A DNA stretch of 50,486 nucleotides. Origin: Octopus sinensis (Eukaryota). Shown here piece after piece: positions 12,901 to 26,600 of the stretch. The notes under the pieces were generated by a model. It searched no databases and was not told the origin of the DNA. It saw nothing but the letters and a program-made list of their open reading frames with translations. The DNA is taken from NCBI RefSeq assembly GCF_006345805.1, contig NW_021834273.1, positions 1 through 50,486 on the forward strand, in the 5' to 3' direction. Within the stretch, counting starts at the first letter, position 1, and the number at the start of each line of letters is the position of its first letter. Made by a program: the position numbers and the translations under genes.

Positions 12901-15008
12901 TATATTCTCTGAATGGCAGTACGGTTACGTCTGCTCCTGTATCTATTTTGAATGTTACATTCGAGTTGTTCACTTTTAGTTCGACCGTCCAAATGTCTTT
13001 TGGAGTCTTGAACTTTTCGATTTTGTGCACGCGGGAATTATTTGCAGTGATCATTTCGAGTGCATGTGTATCGTCATCTGATTCATCGTCGGTATGTATC
13101 TCTACTTTATGTACAATTTTCTTGATTTGCACATTTTTGCATAGTGTCCTTGTTTCTTGCATTTTTCACATGTCTTGTGAAATGCTGGGCATTTATTTCT
13201 TTTGTGATTATAACCACAATAGTGACAGTTAGTGACGTAGTGTTGACTTGGCGCTTGAAACTTCGCGGGCTTTCTGTCACTTCCGCCTTGTTCGTTTTGA
13301 TGTCTGGATTGCATATGGCAGGTTATTTGAGTTTTGGCGCCTTTTCTGTCGTGTTGACTATATACCCTCGAGATTTCGTTATCTCTTGTTTCGGATGTGG
13401 CATTTAGCATCCTTGATTGGAGTCGTGTTTGCTCTGCACTCTGACCTGCTTGAATTGTTTTTTGTAGGTCTAAATTTGGTTCTCTCAATAATCTTTCTCT
13501 TAATCTCATGTCTCTGATTCCACATATCAGAATATCTTTGGTGAGACTGTCTGTGAGGTTGCCGAATTCGCACTGTTGTGCCTTTTGGCACAATTCGTAC
13601 TCATCGAATTTTTGATGTTCCGCTTGTCCACATGTGAAGAATTTGTGTCTTAGGAAAGTTATGTTTTTCCTGGGTTCACAATATGCATCGAATTTTTCGA
13701 TTACTGTCTGAAGGTTCATTTCTTCGTCGGGTGAATCGAAATCCAGTGTGGAATGGATATCTCGGCCTTTAGAACCGATGCAAGTTAAAAACATTGAAGT
13801 TTTTACTTTGTCTGGCTTCATGTCACTTTCTGTTGCTATCAAAAAGAGATTGAATTCTTTTTTCCACTTTTTCCATGCTGCGGCTAGATTTTCCTGATTA
13901 AAGTCTAGGTCTTTTGGATGCGGTAAATTTTCCATTTCGTCTTTGAAGTATGATTTTCAACTTCTTTTTTCCTTTGGTTTCTGTATTTTGGGTTCTTTTA
14001 GTATTCTGACACCATGTTGTTTTTATATATATATAATGTATTGAGTATTAAAGGAAGTAGTGAGTACTTAGTATGAAAGATTAAGAAAATGAGAGAGACT
14101 GAAACAACGTGTTAACGATACAAGATACTTTATTCGACTGCCGTTGTTGTACAAGTTAATTGTTTTGGCGGGAAACAAAGTGAAAGTCCTTTTATCAAGG
14201 GAGACAATGGGCGACGTTGATTGTTCATGTTTGTTGTGATGATTATATAACAGTTGGCATTAGAAAGGGCATCCAACCACAGAAACCATGCCAAAACTGG
14301 CAATTGGACCCTGAGCTGCTCTGCAGTTGGCCAGCCCTTGCTGAACCATTGAACCCACACCAGCATGGAAAATGGACATTAAATGATGATGAGGAGGATG
14401 AGTAGAAGTGTGAGCTTGTGTGTGTGTGTGTGTGTAAGATAAAGAGAGAGAAATAGAGAAACGGGCAGACATTGCTTGCCATGTCTATTCACTCCCATCC
14501 ACCTCTCTTCCATTAGTATTAAGTAATCCAGTCAATCCAGATAACCCTAGTTATATTATGTAACTAACTATATTCCATCTCCTTTCACCCTCGAAGGCAT
14601 GCTCTCTCCACTGTAAAGGAGGTAACCCATCTTGTTGGCTATATAAACACAGCCATCACAGTGTGAAGGAAAGGTGACCAATGACAAAGAGGAGACATTC
14701 CCAAATAACAATGAAACAGGGAGGAGGAGAGGTCTGTGTGACATGAAAGACGATAACCTTTATAATGCTGGTGCCATGATAAATGCATCCAGACCATTCT
14801 GTGAAGAATTCTTCCCGAAACGACTCTTTATCACACATCTTGCACACAATGTGTATCCACTGGTTTCCTGTAGACATGTCATCACAATGTTGAATGTTAG
14901 AACACTAGAGAATGGATACAATGAAGGAAGGTCCTTGGTGTGTTTTCCTGTATGTAGGTTGTGTATGTTCAACTACATATTTATCTGTCTCTCTCTCTCT
15001 CTCTTTCT

Positions 15009-15068
<60 letters not shown>

Positions 15069-18000
15069 AAATGCATCAACATGTATCCATCGGGAGATCT
15101 GATGGTATATATTGTCTACTGTTTCAGAATTCAACCAACTCTTTGATTCCCGTATAAATAAAGGTCATTACTGATGTGTGACTCTATTTCAAACATTTGA
15201 TGATCATATGTAAATTGTAGTAATGTCTACTTTGGTGAGAAGAAGCCACTCTTGCAGTCAGCTACCCACCCAACTGGAATTGTCTAACAGTTTGAGCAGT
15301 TTATTAACTATAATGTGTTGGTGTGCTGCCTCAACTGTGACACTAATTCTTACTTCCTTTACTTCACCTTCATTATCCAAAGATGTTTCTTTATTAATTA
15401 TGGAAACGTTGTTATTTTTGGATATGTCTGTATGGTGTTGCTTTTGTTGTTGTGTCTGTTCTAAGTATTCTCAGTTCTCATGTAACTTGTTTGCTGTCAT
15501 GTTGTTGTGTTATATTTATATATACAATACTCCTCCATATTTCTTGTGTGATGGCCATTTATGGATTCACCAAGCTAGTTGAATAGGTTGTTGTTAGTTT
15601 GTTGTGTTCTAATATTTGTGATGTTTGTTCCATTATATTCCATATATTTGACTTGATGCTATGATTTGGTTTTAAATTGTTTTTTATTGAATATCTTGTG
15701 ATATTTGCAATTGGCAAATGATTATTTACGCATTAATTACCAATAAACTTGATGTTAATCAGTAATGTTTGTTCTGTTTAATATAATGACCATATATATA
15801 AAATATATAAAATATGTCATAATGTTGAGAATAGACTAAAAACAAATGAAAATGGGAAATGGATTCAATTAGAGATGATGTCGGAACTTAATATTGTGCA
15901 ATCAGTTTAAGCGCTGGAGATACAAACTATTTGTATACGTAGTTGAACTGTTGTGTAATTTGGGTATCTACGAAGTATATTTGTGAAATATTGTAATCAT
16001 CATTTTATACTTTGTCATTTGTAGTGCTGTGCTAAGCTTGGGTTGCCGATCAAAAAGAGGATCTCTGGTGTAGGAGTCGCCAGCTATCTAGCCCACCAGG
16101 GGGCCAACTTGTACAGGAAAAATAATAAGAATGTAGCTCCATTGGACCTCATTGGGGATGCAGATTTGAAAGAAAAATTTAAAGTATTATTCCCCCCACC
16201 ACAGTAAGTATTCATTGGCAGTGACAGTTTATTTTCTATTTTGTATATAATCATGTTTATGTTTGTTTAATTTTAATTCTACCAATACATTATACTGCCA
16301 TAGTGTCTTGATCAAAGGCCACACAACAATAGTATGAAGGACAATAAACAAAATGCAGTTGTTATGTGATCCAATGAAGAGCACTGTTTTGGTTGGTAGT
16401 TGTACCTCACTGTCTACCACCACCCATCTACCTTTCTTAGTTCCCTATTTTAAAGATTTGTGACCAATAAGAAAATGTAGAACTAAACAGTGAAGTGAAT
16501 GAACAGATTTTGAAGTTGTTACATAAAAACAAATGGAATTTATCTGTCTACCAACATGTTCTCTCTCTTCTCTGTTCCAATCAGTTCATTATTATGAAAG
16601 GTTTCGTAAGAAAATAAACTACACACCCAAACAGTGTGTGTATATATATCATCAACATCATTATCATCATTGCTTAACGTCCGTTTCCATCCTGGCATGA
16701 GTTGGATGGTTTGAAAGGGAGCCCGCCAGAAGTCTACACCAAACTTCTGTCTGTTTTGGCATGCCCAGCAGAGTGGACTGAGTAACACCAGCGCAGGCAA
16801 GGCCAGTTTTGGAATGGTTTTTACAGCTGGATGTCCTTCCAAATGCCAGCCATTTTACAGTGTGGACTGGATGCTTTTTATGTGGCCCCAGCACTGGCAG
16901 GGTCACCAAGTGTATATAGATATATAGATATATATACACACACACACACACATATTTCTGTTAATATTGCTAGAACACTGACACACATCTTCACAGAATA
17001 AAATTGCCAGGAAACATAAATCGTTCTGGTAACACCTATACCATTCTTAGTCTTTTAGGCTTCTTGGTCACATTAGACTCCTGTATTTCATAAGTTTTAG
17101 CTGTTACTTTGCCATATATTTGTTAGCTGCTGATGAACAAGACACATTATTCTCTGTGAGAATATGCATAACTTTCTTTGTCTGTTGAAATTCAGATATT
17201 GTCTTTAGATGTTGATTTCTGAACTGTATAAATATAGCTCTGTTTTATCCGATAGACAAGCATTGGTTGGACTTATTTATTAGCAAATAATCTTTTATGC
17301 AAATATTGTAATAACATAATGCATACAGAGCTGAGGTGTACTACAACTTACTGGGAAAGGGTAAAAGAGGGGATGGAAAGCAGTGCTTAGTCAAGTAAAG
17401 AAATACCGTTATGAAAGCTAGGAGTACATGCACGATACATAGAATAAAACACAAAAAACAGAAAGGCTAACAGTAAAAGAGGCATAAAAAGGTACATCAG
17501 GAGTGTAGTGGTCTATGTAGCTAAATAGTTGAATGATCTCCCTTGCAAGAAAGCATATAGAGTAACCTCCCTTTACAAAGTTTCTAGCAGCATCTGTGTC
17601 ATCAGATGTGATTCTTAATTATTCAAGTATCTTAGCATTTCTCTTGGTAGTTTCTAGAATATCTAGCATTCCATTCATAAAAACAGCTTGCTAACCCTGC
17701 TCTTTGCTTCTTAGTCGATTAGACTTAGAGCCATTCACGTCATTGCTATGTCCGTCTGTTTCTCTACGCCACATGGCTGAAAACCACCACTTGGCTATTA
17801 TTTCTATATTTCCTATCTCTGAACTTTCTTGTATAGATTATTTCATTCAACTAGATGCTACATATTAATTCTGTGTATCGTCATCGACCAGTAAATAAAA
17901 TATATTTTTCCGTAGTAAATATATAGGTCTTGAATTTATTCTTCATCTCTTTATGAACTCTTGTAAATAACATACACGCAGCCACATCAACACCTTGTAC

Positions 18001-21000
18001 TGGCTATATATCCTCGGTAAGAAAAGAATATTTTGAAGGATGCCGTATCCTGACAGCTAACAGCTGACTCAGGTGGTTTGTTGTGTGTTTAAATAATTCT
18101 GAGTGAGATAAAGTATTTCACACTGTTTTTTATTTTAATTTTATAAGAATGTCTGCTGCTGGCTGAGATTTTGAATTCAAAAATGTTGCCAAAGTTGTTG
18201 TTGGCAAGATTATGTATAAACCTAAGGGATTATACCAGATTAGCTGCTAGACTTCAAAACTTTAGTGTGCTAATACCCAGAGAAACAATACATTCAGTAT
18301 ATGGTGACTAACAGAGAGTATTTGCCTGGTTTGGAGATCAGATTGAAGCAAAGGTATATAGCATCTAATAAGATGTCAATACCCAGAGAAGCAATATATT
18401 CAAGATATGGTAACTAAGAGAGAGCATTTGCCTTGTTGTTCTTCTCTGAATAGATATTCTGGACAGGATGGGGATTCCAGATTGGAAATGTAAACTGTAA
18501 GTGTAGACGTATGATAGCCAGGCATAATTTTAAACTGATAACTTGACAAATTGACGGGCAGAGGTTTTACTGAGCAATACTTTGATATTTCTGATGATTT
18601 TTAGAAATGTGGTTCATGCATTACACATCATTGTTGACATTAATGTCACGGTCAAGTTCACCTGCAGACTTTTGAAGTTTGCTGTTCTGGAGAGAGTTGG
18701 TAAATTTTGGAATTTTCATTCCAAAGTGTATAGTGGTGCACCATTCTATGGCCAGCTTGAGTTTGCAATCAGCAGTGCATTGCTGCATTGTATCCAGGTC
18801 AGATTGAAGAAAGGATCTATAGCAGATAGTTGGCATGTATTTAGCTGATACATAGAAGGAGCAAGAGAAAACCAAGAGTAGTTCCTTGTAGGTCTTCTGT
18901 GTTGGGTGCAGAATGTTAGCTTAGTGTTGTGACTCTGTCTTTTCAACTGAGAATGTAAGTATTTTAAGCAGTTATATAATTTAGTCCTCGCACCCATTCC
19001 AGACAGTTGTGCCGTAATTGATCACTGTGGCATGGAATTAAAGACTTTGGTGAAGTTGATAGAGATAATATCCACCCATGAACCACCATCTGTGAAGAAA
19101 TTCAATGCAGCAACAGTTAGGGATAAATCGAAATGGTTGGAGTTTGAATAAGCTTATGAGGGTTCCAGATGTTCCAAAATGTCTTCCTGTAGATCCATTA
19201 ATTCTGTGAGACTGACTGGATGGTAATCAACAGGGGATGTCTGGTCACTCCCTTTTTGAACGGGGGAGAATACTGGCAACTTTCCATTAAACTGGGCTAA
19301 GTGTGAATTAGAAGAGGACAAAAAGCTGGTGCAGTAGAAAAAGGGTGCACCCTTTGAGAAGCAGATGAATAACACCACCAAGACAAGAGGAAGCATAATT
19401 GCACATATGCTTCAATTAGCATTGCGATATTGCAGAATTCAACAGGTTTTATGGAATTTGATCTCAGTAGCAGTGAAAACGGTACATTTGTCACTCCTTT
19501 AATATGGCAGGGTACCATGTTGCACCTTCTTCTTTTATCCCCTGTTCTTTTATCACGTCCAGCATCTCATCGATATTTCCTGGCAGTCTCTCACATATTC
19601 AGGCTTCTAAAACGTTTGTATGGCACCGACACTTATTCATGAATTAAGGATGGATGTGCTGAAGGTTAGTCTTGACATCTCCAGAATTGTAAAGTCGAAG
19701 CCAGTCAGGGAACTATACCTCAGTACAGTCGGAGTTCCAGGAAAACAAAGCAGTTTGGAAGTTATGGTGGCTTTTCTTTCTATCCATTAGAAATATTTTT
19801 GCAAGATTGGTGTATGATCAGAGTCACCTAAGGGTTCATCACTATTGAGGCTGATAATTTCAGGAGCAGTGGTAAATAGCAGATCGAAAGTGTTGTTAAC
19901 TCTTATGGGAGAGAGACTGCTTGGGATTAGTTTGAATCTAACATTAAATGAAGGAAATCTGTTGTGGCCAGTGGAAGATTTCCTAATCAATATTGGGTAA
20001 TTGAAATCACAAGTATGAGAACATAGGTAACCATTTTCATAGATGCAGCTCCAAAATTGTTTTGAGGATGGTAAATGTTGATGTGCTTTTATGTCGCAGA
20101 AAAATTCCTCTTGTGACTGGTTTAAATCTTCACAAGCAATTTCTGAAAAGCTTGAGCAAGCATAGACCATCGCACCACCTCCAAGGTAATGAAAGAGGTC
20201 TTTGTGAAAGAAAATGTAGCCAGCCATGCTAAAAACACCATTGCACAGTAAAGAATGTGTCCAGGTTTAACAAATGAGATTGGAATCAGTACTTTTAACT
20301 TAGGAATCAAAAATAGTGAACTTTATTGCATAAACTGTGGGTATTTTTAAACAATAATTTGTATCTCGATTTAAATCTGTCATGGTTCATGGAAGAGGAT
20401 ATCCTCAGACCAGTTTGCATCCCTTTTTCATCTGGTATTGAGTCATGATTTAAGGGACCTACAATATGTAACTTCAGGTGTGTATCAGGTGGTGAATGAC
20501 GAAGAGCTCAATTTATCACACCTGTCCTTATAAGAAGCTAAACAGTATGCACATAGCTCAGTAGAAGGTGAATCTAACTCGTTTGGGTTTTGATCCAATC
20601 AACTGAGGCAAATAAAATTGTTTTGGAGGAACACATCTGAAGTTGATAAGATGTAGATCAATGAACATGGACTCACCTATAACAAGGGGCAGGTTTGTAT
20701 GCAGGGCAAACCTAGACTGAAGTGTTTTGCTAAAGAACTTTACACATCGCCTTGTCCAGGAATTGAAGCCGCAATTTTACTGTGTGAGTCCAAAAGCCTA
20801 ACAACTTAGCCATGCACCTCACTCTGGTCAGTCTGGTGTTTCATAATATTCTGTACTGTAAACATAAAACAAACATGTAATATTTGTTAGAAATGAATGT
20901 TATAGGTGGGATGTGTTTTATGTTTTTTCCACAGATGTATGCTTTGTGAAGTGAATGAAGCCAGCATGGAGTTACAACCCTGTGCACATACTGTTTTATG

Positions 21001-23635
21001 TGAAGATTGTAGCAAAATTCAACTTAAAACATGTATAGAAAGCAAAAGGAGAGTTGGTAAGAATATGATTTGATGATCTGTCTGTTTGTCACATGACATT
21101 ATGGAATGGAATAATGTTGTATCGACCCAGATCTGTCATAATCTGACAGACGTATGATAAAAGATGTCCCAGGTGTCTTTTCTCTTTGATAGTATATCCA
21201 TGACTACACCCACTGAATATTGTCTTTATCCAAGTAGGAAACCTGTCCCACATCAAAAGAGTACTGTCTGCAACATAAGACTAATACGTTTTACTGAAAT
21301 ATAAATGAAATATCAATAAATCTCCAAGGTCCCATCAGTAAACATCAACTTTTTATATTCAGTTGTCAGCTTTTATATGAGGTTAATGATTTATAAGTAT
21401 CTTGGGAAACTGATAATTAAGGACAACAGTACTTCCTACAACATCACAGTCAGCTTTGTAATGTAAGAATTTCAATGACAAAATCTCAACTGAGAGTTTA
21501 AGGATCTGACTCTTAGCGAGTCTTATATATTCTTGAGAATGAATTCTAGTGTCCCATTTCAGATATAACTCCTTTGCAATAATGTGTAGATAAACAGTTT
21601 TAAGTTAAGGAGGTTTTATACAAATGTAATGTTTCAGGATACCTGTTATCACTTTCTGCTCCACCTGTGTAGAACTAATCATTGCTCACCTGGAAAAAGA
21701 AAAAGCTGCTTATTAAGGAGGATGAATGACATTGAAATATCTTCAGATCTTTCCTGAATCAGGTGGTATTCTGGTGAAGTGTGATGTGGGCAGTTAAAAT
21801 TAAAGATTACCAACAGTAACATATAAAAATGAGGGCTGGGGTATGTTTATCCTTCCTGAAGCAATGTGTCATGCCTTTGTGGCCAGATCTTTGAAGACCA
21901 GATTGGTTGACACTGGAATTTAGCAGAAGATGAGAAGAATATTGGTTAGTGAAGGTTCGAGATGAGAGGACAATGGCATGTCATATGACCAGCACAGACA
22001 TAACAAAGGAAAGACAAAACTAAGAGAAAAAGAGTGTTATGAAGTGATAACTAAGTGAGAGAATTTCAGAATTGTTAGATTAGTATATAGGATGTCTTAA
22101 TAGAAAGATGAGATTTAGAAAGGTTTGCCTATTTTGTTGTGGTTCTAAATATTGAACTATTATATAGTAACAGCTTAGAAAGTGTTGACCGAAAGCATAG
22201 TGGTCACCAATTGACTATTGATGATATGAATGCCTTACAAAAATGGAATATAGATTATTAAAAGAGACAAAGAAATTTTACTATGAAGTATAAAACTTTG
22301 AAATGCTTATTTCAGTGTGTCCAAAGTGTAAAGAAAAAGCAGTCAAGACGGTTGTAGAATCTGTTGGTGAGTATAAAATATCTGTAATTGATTTCTATAA
22401 ATTTTACCTTCACCTGAGATATATTATTTGTGTGAATGACTGAGAACAGGTTCCATTCTTAATTTCCAATTCTTATTTCAGAATGTCCAAAGTGTAAAGA
22501 AAAAGTAGAATCTTTTGGTGAGTATAAAATAACTGTAATTGATTTCTATAAATTTTACCTTCACCTGAAATATATTATTTGTGTGAATGTCTGAGTACAG
22601 GTTCCATTCTTAATTTCCAATTCTTATTTCAGTGTGTCCAAAGTCTGAAGAAAAAGGAGTCCAGACGGTTGCAGAATCTGTTGGTGAGTATAGAATAACT
22701 GTAATTGATTTCTATAAATTTTACCTTCACCTGAGATATATTATTTGTGTGAATGACTGAGAACATGTTCCATTCTTAATTTCCAATTCTTATTTCAGTG
22801 TGTCCAAAGTCTGAAGAAAAAGCAGTCAAGACGGTTGCAGAATCTGTTGGTGAGTATAAAATAACTGTAATTGATTTCTATAAATTTTACCTTCACCTGA
22901 GATATATTATTTGTGTGAATGACTGAGAACAGGTTCCATTGTTACATTTCTTTCGAATGGTTAGCGATAAAAGTAATTCTATTCGTTACCTACAAATGCA
23001 AGAATATCCAATAAAGGGGTTTTATAGAAATATGGAAACATGAGACACAGGAAAAATGTCTTTCACGATGAGGCCAAAATACAAAAGATAAAATATAACC
23101 CTGAAGCTGTTCTCTCCCCATAATGAGATACATTCACTTTTCTTTCATCTCATTGTTGTCTCTCTCTCCTTCCCTGTTTCTTCCTTCATCTCTCTCTCTC
23201 TCTCTCTATGCATCTACATGTAGCAGCCTCTGTACTTTCCAGTCGTGTAACAACATGAATTGTATTTAAAATATTGATATTACAGAAATTTAATAAAATG
23301 TCCAGCAGTGTTGGCAAGTATCCTCTGTTGCTAAAATGGTTAAATTAGAAAAAAAAAAACAATAGAGTTAATATTGTCTTTTGAATGAAGGAAGAAAAAC
23401 ATTTTGTTGTTTAATGGTAAACAGGTGAGTTAATGACAGTGTTTGTTTGTTGTACATTTTCAATAAGTTTACTGATTATTGTTGTTGATGTTCTTGTTGA
23501 ACAAGATGGTTAAGTTGAAAGCTTACAAGTGTGATCACCCTGTCTTTTTTTTCACTGTTAGTAAATCTATCATTACATCCATTAAACGATGTCTTTGTCC
23601 AAGTAAGAAGCTTTGGTCTGCTGCTGAGACAATTG

Positions 23636-23684
<49 letters not shown>

Positions 23685-26600
23685 TAAGATGGACACTGGT
23701 TGCAAGATACAATACAATCGATGTTATTGTCCTCATCATTTACAGTCTGCTCTCCTTGCTTCCATGTAATGGATGGGTGATCACTGTCCAAGTCAGTTCT
23801 TATTCAGAGTTACTGTCCCCCTTGACTGCTTGAGAAACACATCTCCCTTAAACATTCCACCTTTTCTATGGTGGGATGCCCTCCCCAACACCAACCACTT
23901 CATAAAGAGTCCTGAGTACATTTTAATGTGGCACAAGCACTAGAAAGATTTTCATGTGTCCAACATTGAAACTGGAATAGCTGTAGGTTGCACACTATCA
24001 GTCACTTGGTTTGTGCTTGTTATGGGGATCGGCAGATTTATGAGAAGAAATTACTCAGGCGAAATCATCTAAGAAAACATTCATGGATGACATAAAAATG
24101 CTAACAAGAGATCCAAAGTATATGCAATCAGTCCAAGATAGATTGGATGGACTAATTAATTGCTCAAGAATGCTGTTTGAAACAAATAATGAATGCATTC
24201 TGACATTTGTGAAAGGTCAACAGAAGCAAGTGAAGTTCAAAATAGCAGGAGAAATGATGCGAAAGGTTAAAGAGTAACTTGTAAAACGTTTTGGACTGTG
24301 GTAGATGATCTCATTGTCCGATAAGAGTAGAGGCATTGATGTCATTGCAGAAACCGAGGATGGGCAATAAGCATTTGCCAAGTCAAAACTTCTGGGCAAA
24401 AACAAGATTTGGTGCTTGAAGTTTGATCTATATCACCATCTTGATAATATATTCTTAAATATCACTTCTTTTGTACCATTTCAGATATTTTTCCTTTGCG
24501 ATAATCTGTGTATGAACATTTGCATGTTGTTAAAGATGTTTTGTGCAAGTATACAGTGTTTTAGGATACTTGCTATCACTTTCTGTTTCACCTGTGTAGA
24601 ACTAATCATTGCTCATCAGGAAAGAAAAGCATTTCATTAAGGAGTCCTTAAATATTTCCTGAATCAGATGAAATTCTGGTGAACTGTGAGTTGCATTGTT
24701 TAAAATTAAAGATTAAAAGCAGCAACGTTTGACAAAGATAACAGGTGTGACATGAGTTTGTGTCAAGGTCATTGATGACCAGCTTGGTTGACATCAGAAT
24801 TAAGCAAAAGAAGAGGGGAATGTTGATTAGTGAAGTCCAGTGGTGAGGGGACAATGCCATGTCATAGGTTTAGAATGGATACAAGAGATACATGTGATCA
24901 TTAAATAAGATGATTGCAACGTTGTTAGATTAAGTAGGATGTCTTAATAGAAAAAGGAGGCTTAGGAAGGTCAGTCTATTTTATTATGGGCCTAAATATT
25001 GAGCCATTATATAGGACCACGGTAGAAAGTATAAAACTATCAACCAAACCTATAGTGGTCAGCAGTTGTCCATTGATGATAGGAATGTCTTACAATAATA
25101 AAATATAAACCATTAACAGAGATCAGGAAATTGTGCTATGAAGTGTAAAATTTGGAAATATTTATTTCAGATTCTGTAACGGTAGAGGAGATTCATCTTC
25201 ATAGGGTGTCCCAAAAGTTGGCAGGTAAATGGATGGAACTTGGTGAGTATAAAACACCGAATTTCTATAAATTTTGCTTTCAGCTAAACTTTTGTTTGTT
25301 TGAATGACTGAGAACCGATTCCATTCCTAATTTCCAATTGAAAGTTTAGCTATAAAGTAAAGCTATCACTGAAATTTCATAAAATATCTATGGACGTCAG
25401 CACGGTTGTAAAATGTATAAATTAGAAGGTCCAGTAGAGTTAATATTATCGTTTGTAAAAGGGGACTCAAAAATATTGTTGTTTAAGAGTAAACAGGTGA
25501 ATTAATGACAATGTTTTTGCTTGTTTACACTTTTAGTAAGTTTACTAGTAGAGTGTTGTTGTTGATGTTTATTTTGGCAGATATCTGCCTTAATCTGGCA
25601 GAATTAAGGGGAAAGGGTTCCAGATGTGCCATCGCTCTTTCTCTTGGGTGAAGAGGACCACATTATCAAATGTAACCTTTTTAAAATGAGAGTGTGCATT
25701 GTGTGGGACATGTTGTCATCTCTCCCCTGGCCAGTCTGTTTTTCTATATTTATTGTAATTCTTTAGTCCCAGGTCAACATATATTTCCTGTCTCTATAGA
25801 AGACAGGCCCCATTGTTGATTGTGTTCATGGCTGGATTGAACTCAGCATTGTAAGTTAATGAAACACTCATTTATATTAGAAAAAAAAGAATCTCAACAG
25901 AAAATTCAAACTCAACTTGATCTTGTTTCTCAATTGAAATCATTTCACTCTCCTTTACATTACAAATGTCACGTGGAAAGGCATGAACATCACAATATCC
26001 CATTTCCCCTTCTCCGACAGTTTAACACAACATAAAATATCATTTATACAATGCTCCTATTATTTACAGCAATGTCTTCTACCTCCCTATGGTACCTATA
26101 TACATCTAGATAGAATGAAGCATAGAGAAATGTCTTTACCAGGTACATTGAGCGGTGCTGGGGATTAGATTTGAACCTTTGATCCCTGACTCAAGGGATC
26201 ATGACAATATCCCCTGAGTCAGCTGATAGAAACCATCATCTTCATCATCATTTGACGTCTGTTTTCCATGCTGGCATGGGTTGGACTGTTTGACTGAGGT
26301 CTGGAGAGCCAGTGGCTGCACCAGGCTCCAATCTGATCTGGCAGAGTTTCTACAGCTGGATGCCCTTCCTAATGCCAGCCACTCCGAGAGTGTAGTGGCT
26401 GCTTTTTATGTGTCACCAGTACAGGAGCCAGTCAGGTGGACCTAGCATCAGTCATGTTCGGATGGCCTTTTTACGTGCCACCAACACAAGGAGTCAGTCA
26501 GATGACACTGGCATCGACTACATTTGGATGATGCCTTTTATGTGCCACCAGAACGGGGGCTAGTCATGGGGCACTGGCCACAGCTGCAATTTTGGTTTTA

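Larger units (their letters stand above)
10696..14252 (-). mobile_element. Ty3/Gypsy LTR retrotransposon, internally deleted (integrase core missing)
   Basis: 238-bp LTRs at 10696-10933 and 14015-14252 (TGTT...AACA), no differences seen. GTTGG TSD at 10691-10695 and 14253-14257. PBS, PPT, and gag-PR-RT-RH order. Confidence 0.97.
22316..22940 (+). repeat. Tandem array of a 166-bp unit (51-nt exon + 115-nt intron), about 4 copies
   Basis: Exon starts at 22316, 22482, 22633 and 22799. Intron 1 differs from introns 2 and 3 at 4 and 3 of 115 positions. Confidence 0.95.
21560..25570 (+). repeat. Older intragenic duplication, ~21560-23490 vs ~24490-25570
   Basis: Collinear shared blocks such as cacctgtgtagaactaatcattgctca, ttcctgaatcag, taggatgtcttaatagaaa and gtaaacaggtga. 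Confidence 0.85.

Noticed and set aside
13102-13162. Programmed -1 gag-pol frameshift
   Set aside because: No X XXY YYZ slippery heptamer; one extra A restores a continuous KSRKIVHKVE, like the other homopolymer lesions.
18270-18435. ~107-bp tandem duplication (and ~160-bp repeats at 43164 and 43325)
   Set aside because: Diverged intronic or intergenic duplications without splice sites, ORF or structure.
22316-22940. CRISPR-like repeat-spacer appearance
   Set aside because: Eukaryotic DNA, 115-nt repeats bounded by GT...AG, spacers homologous to each other, no cas genes.
23350-23430. Extra exon ending at the CAG|gtgagt donor (23425), mirrored at 25497
   Set aside because: No convincing acceptor or meaningful open frame, and it is not needed for the gene model; only RNA-seq could rescue it.
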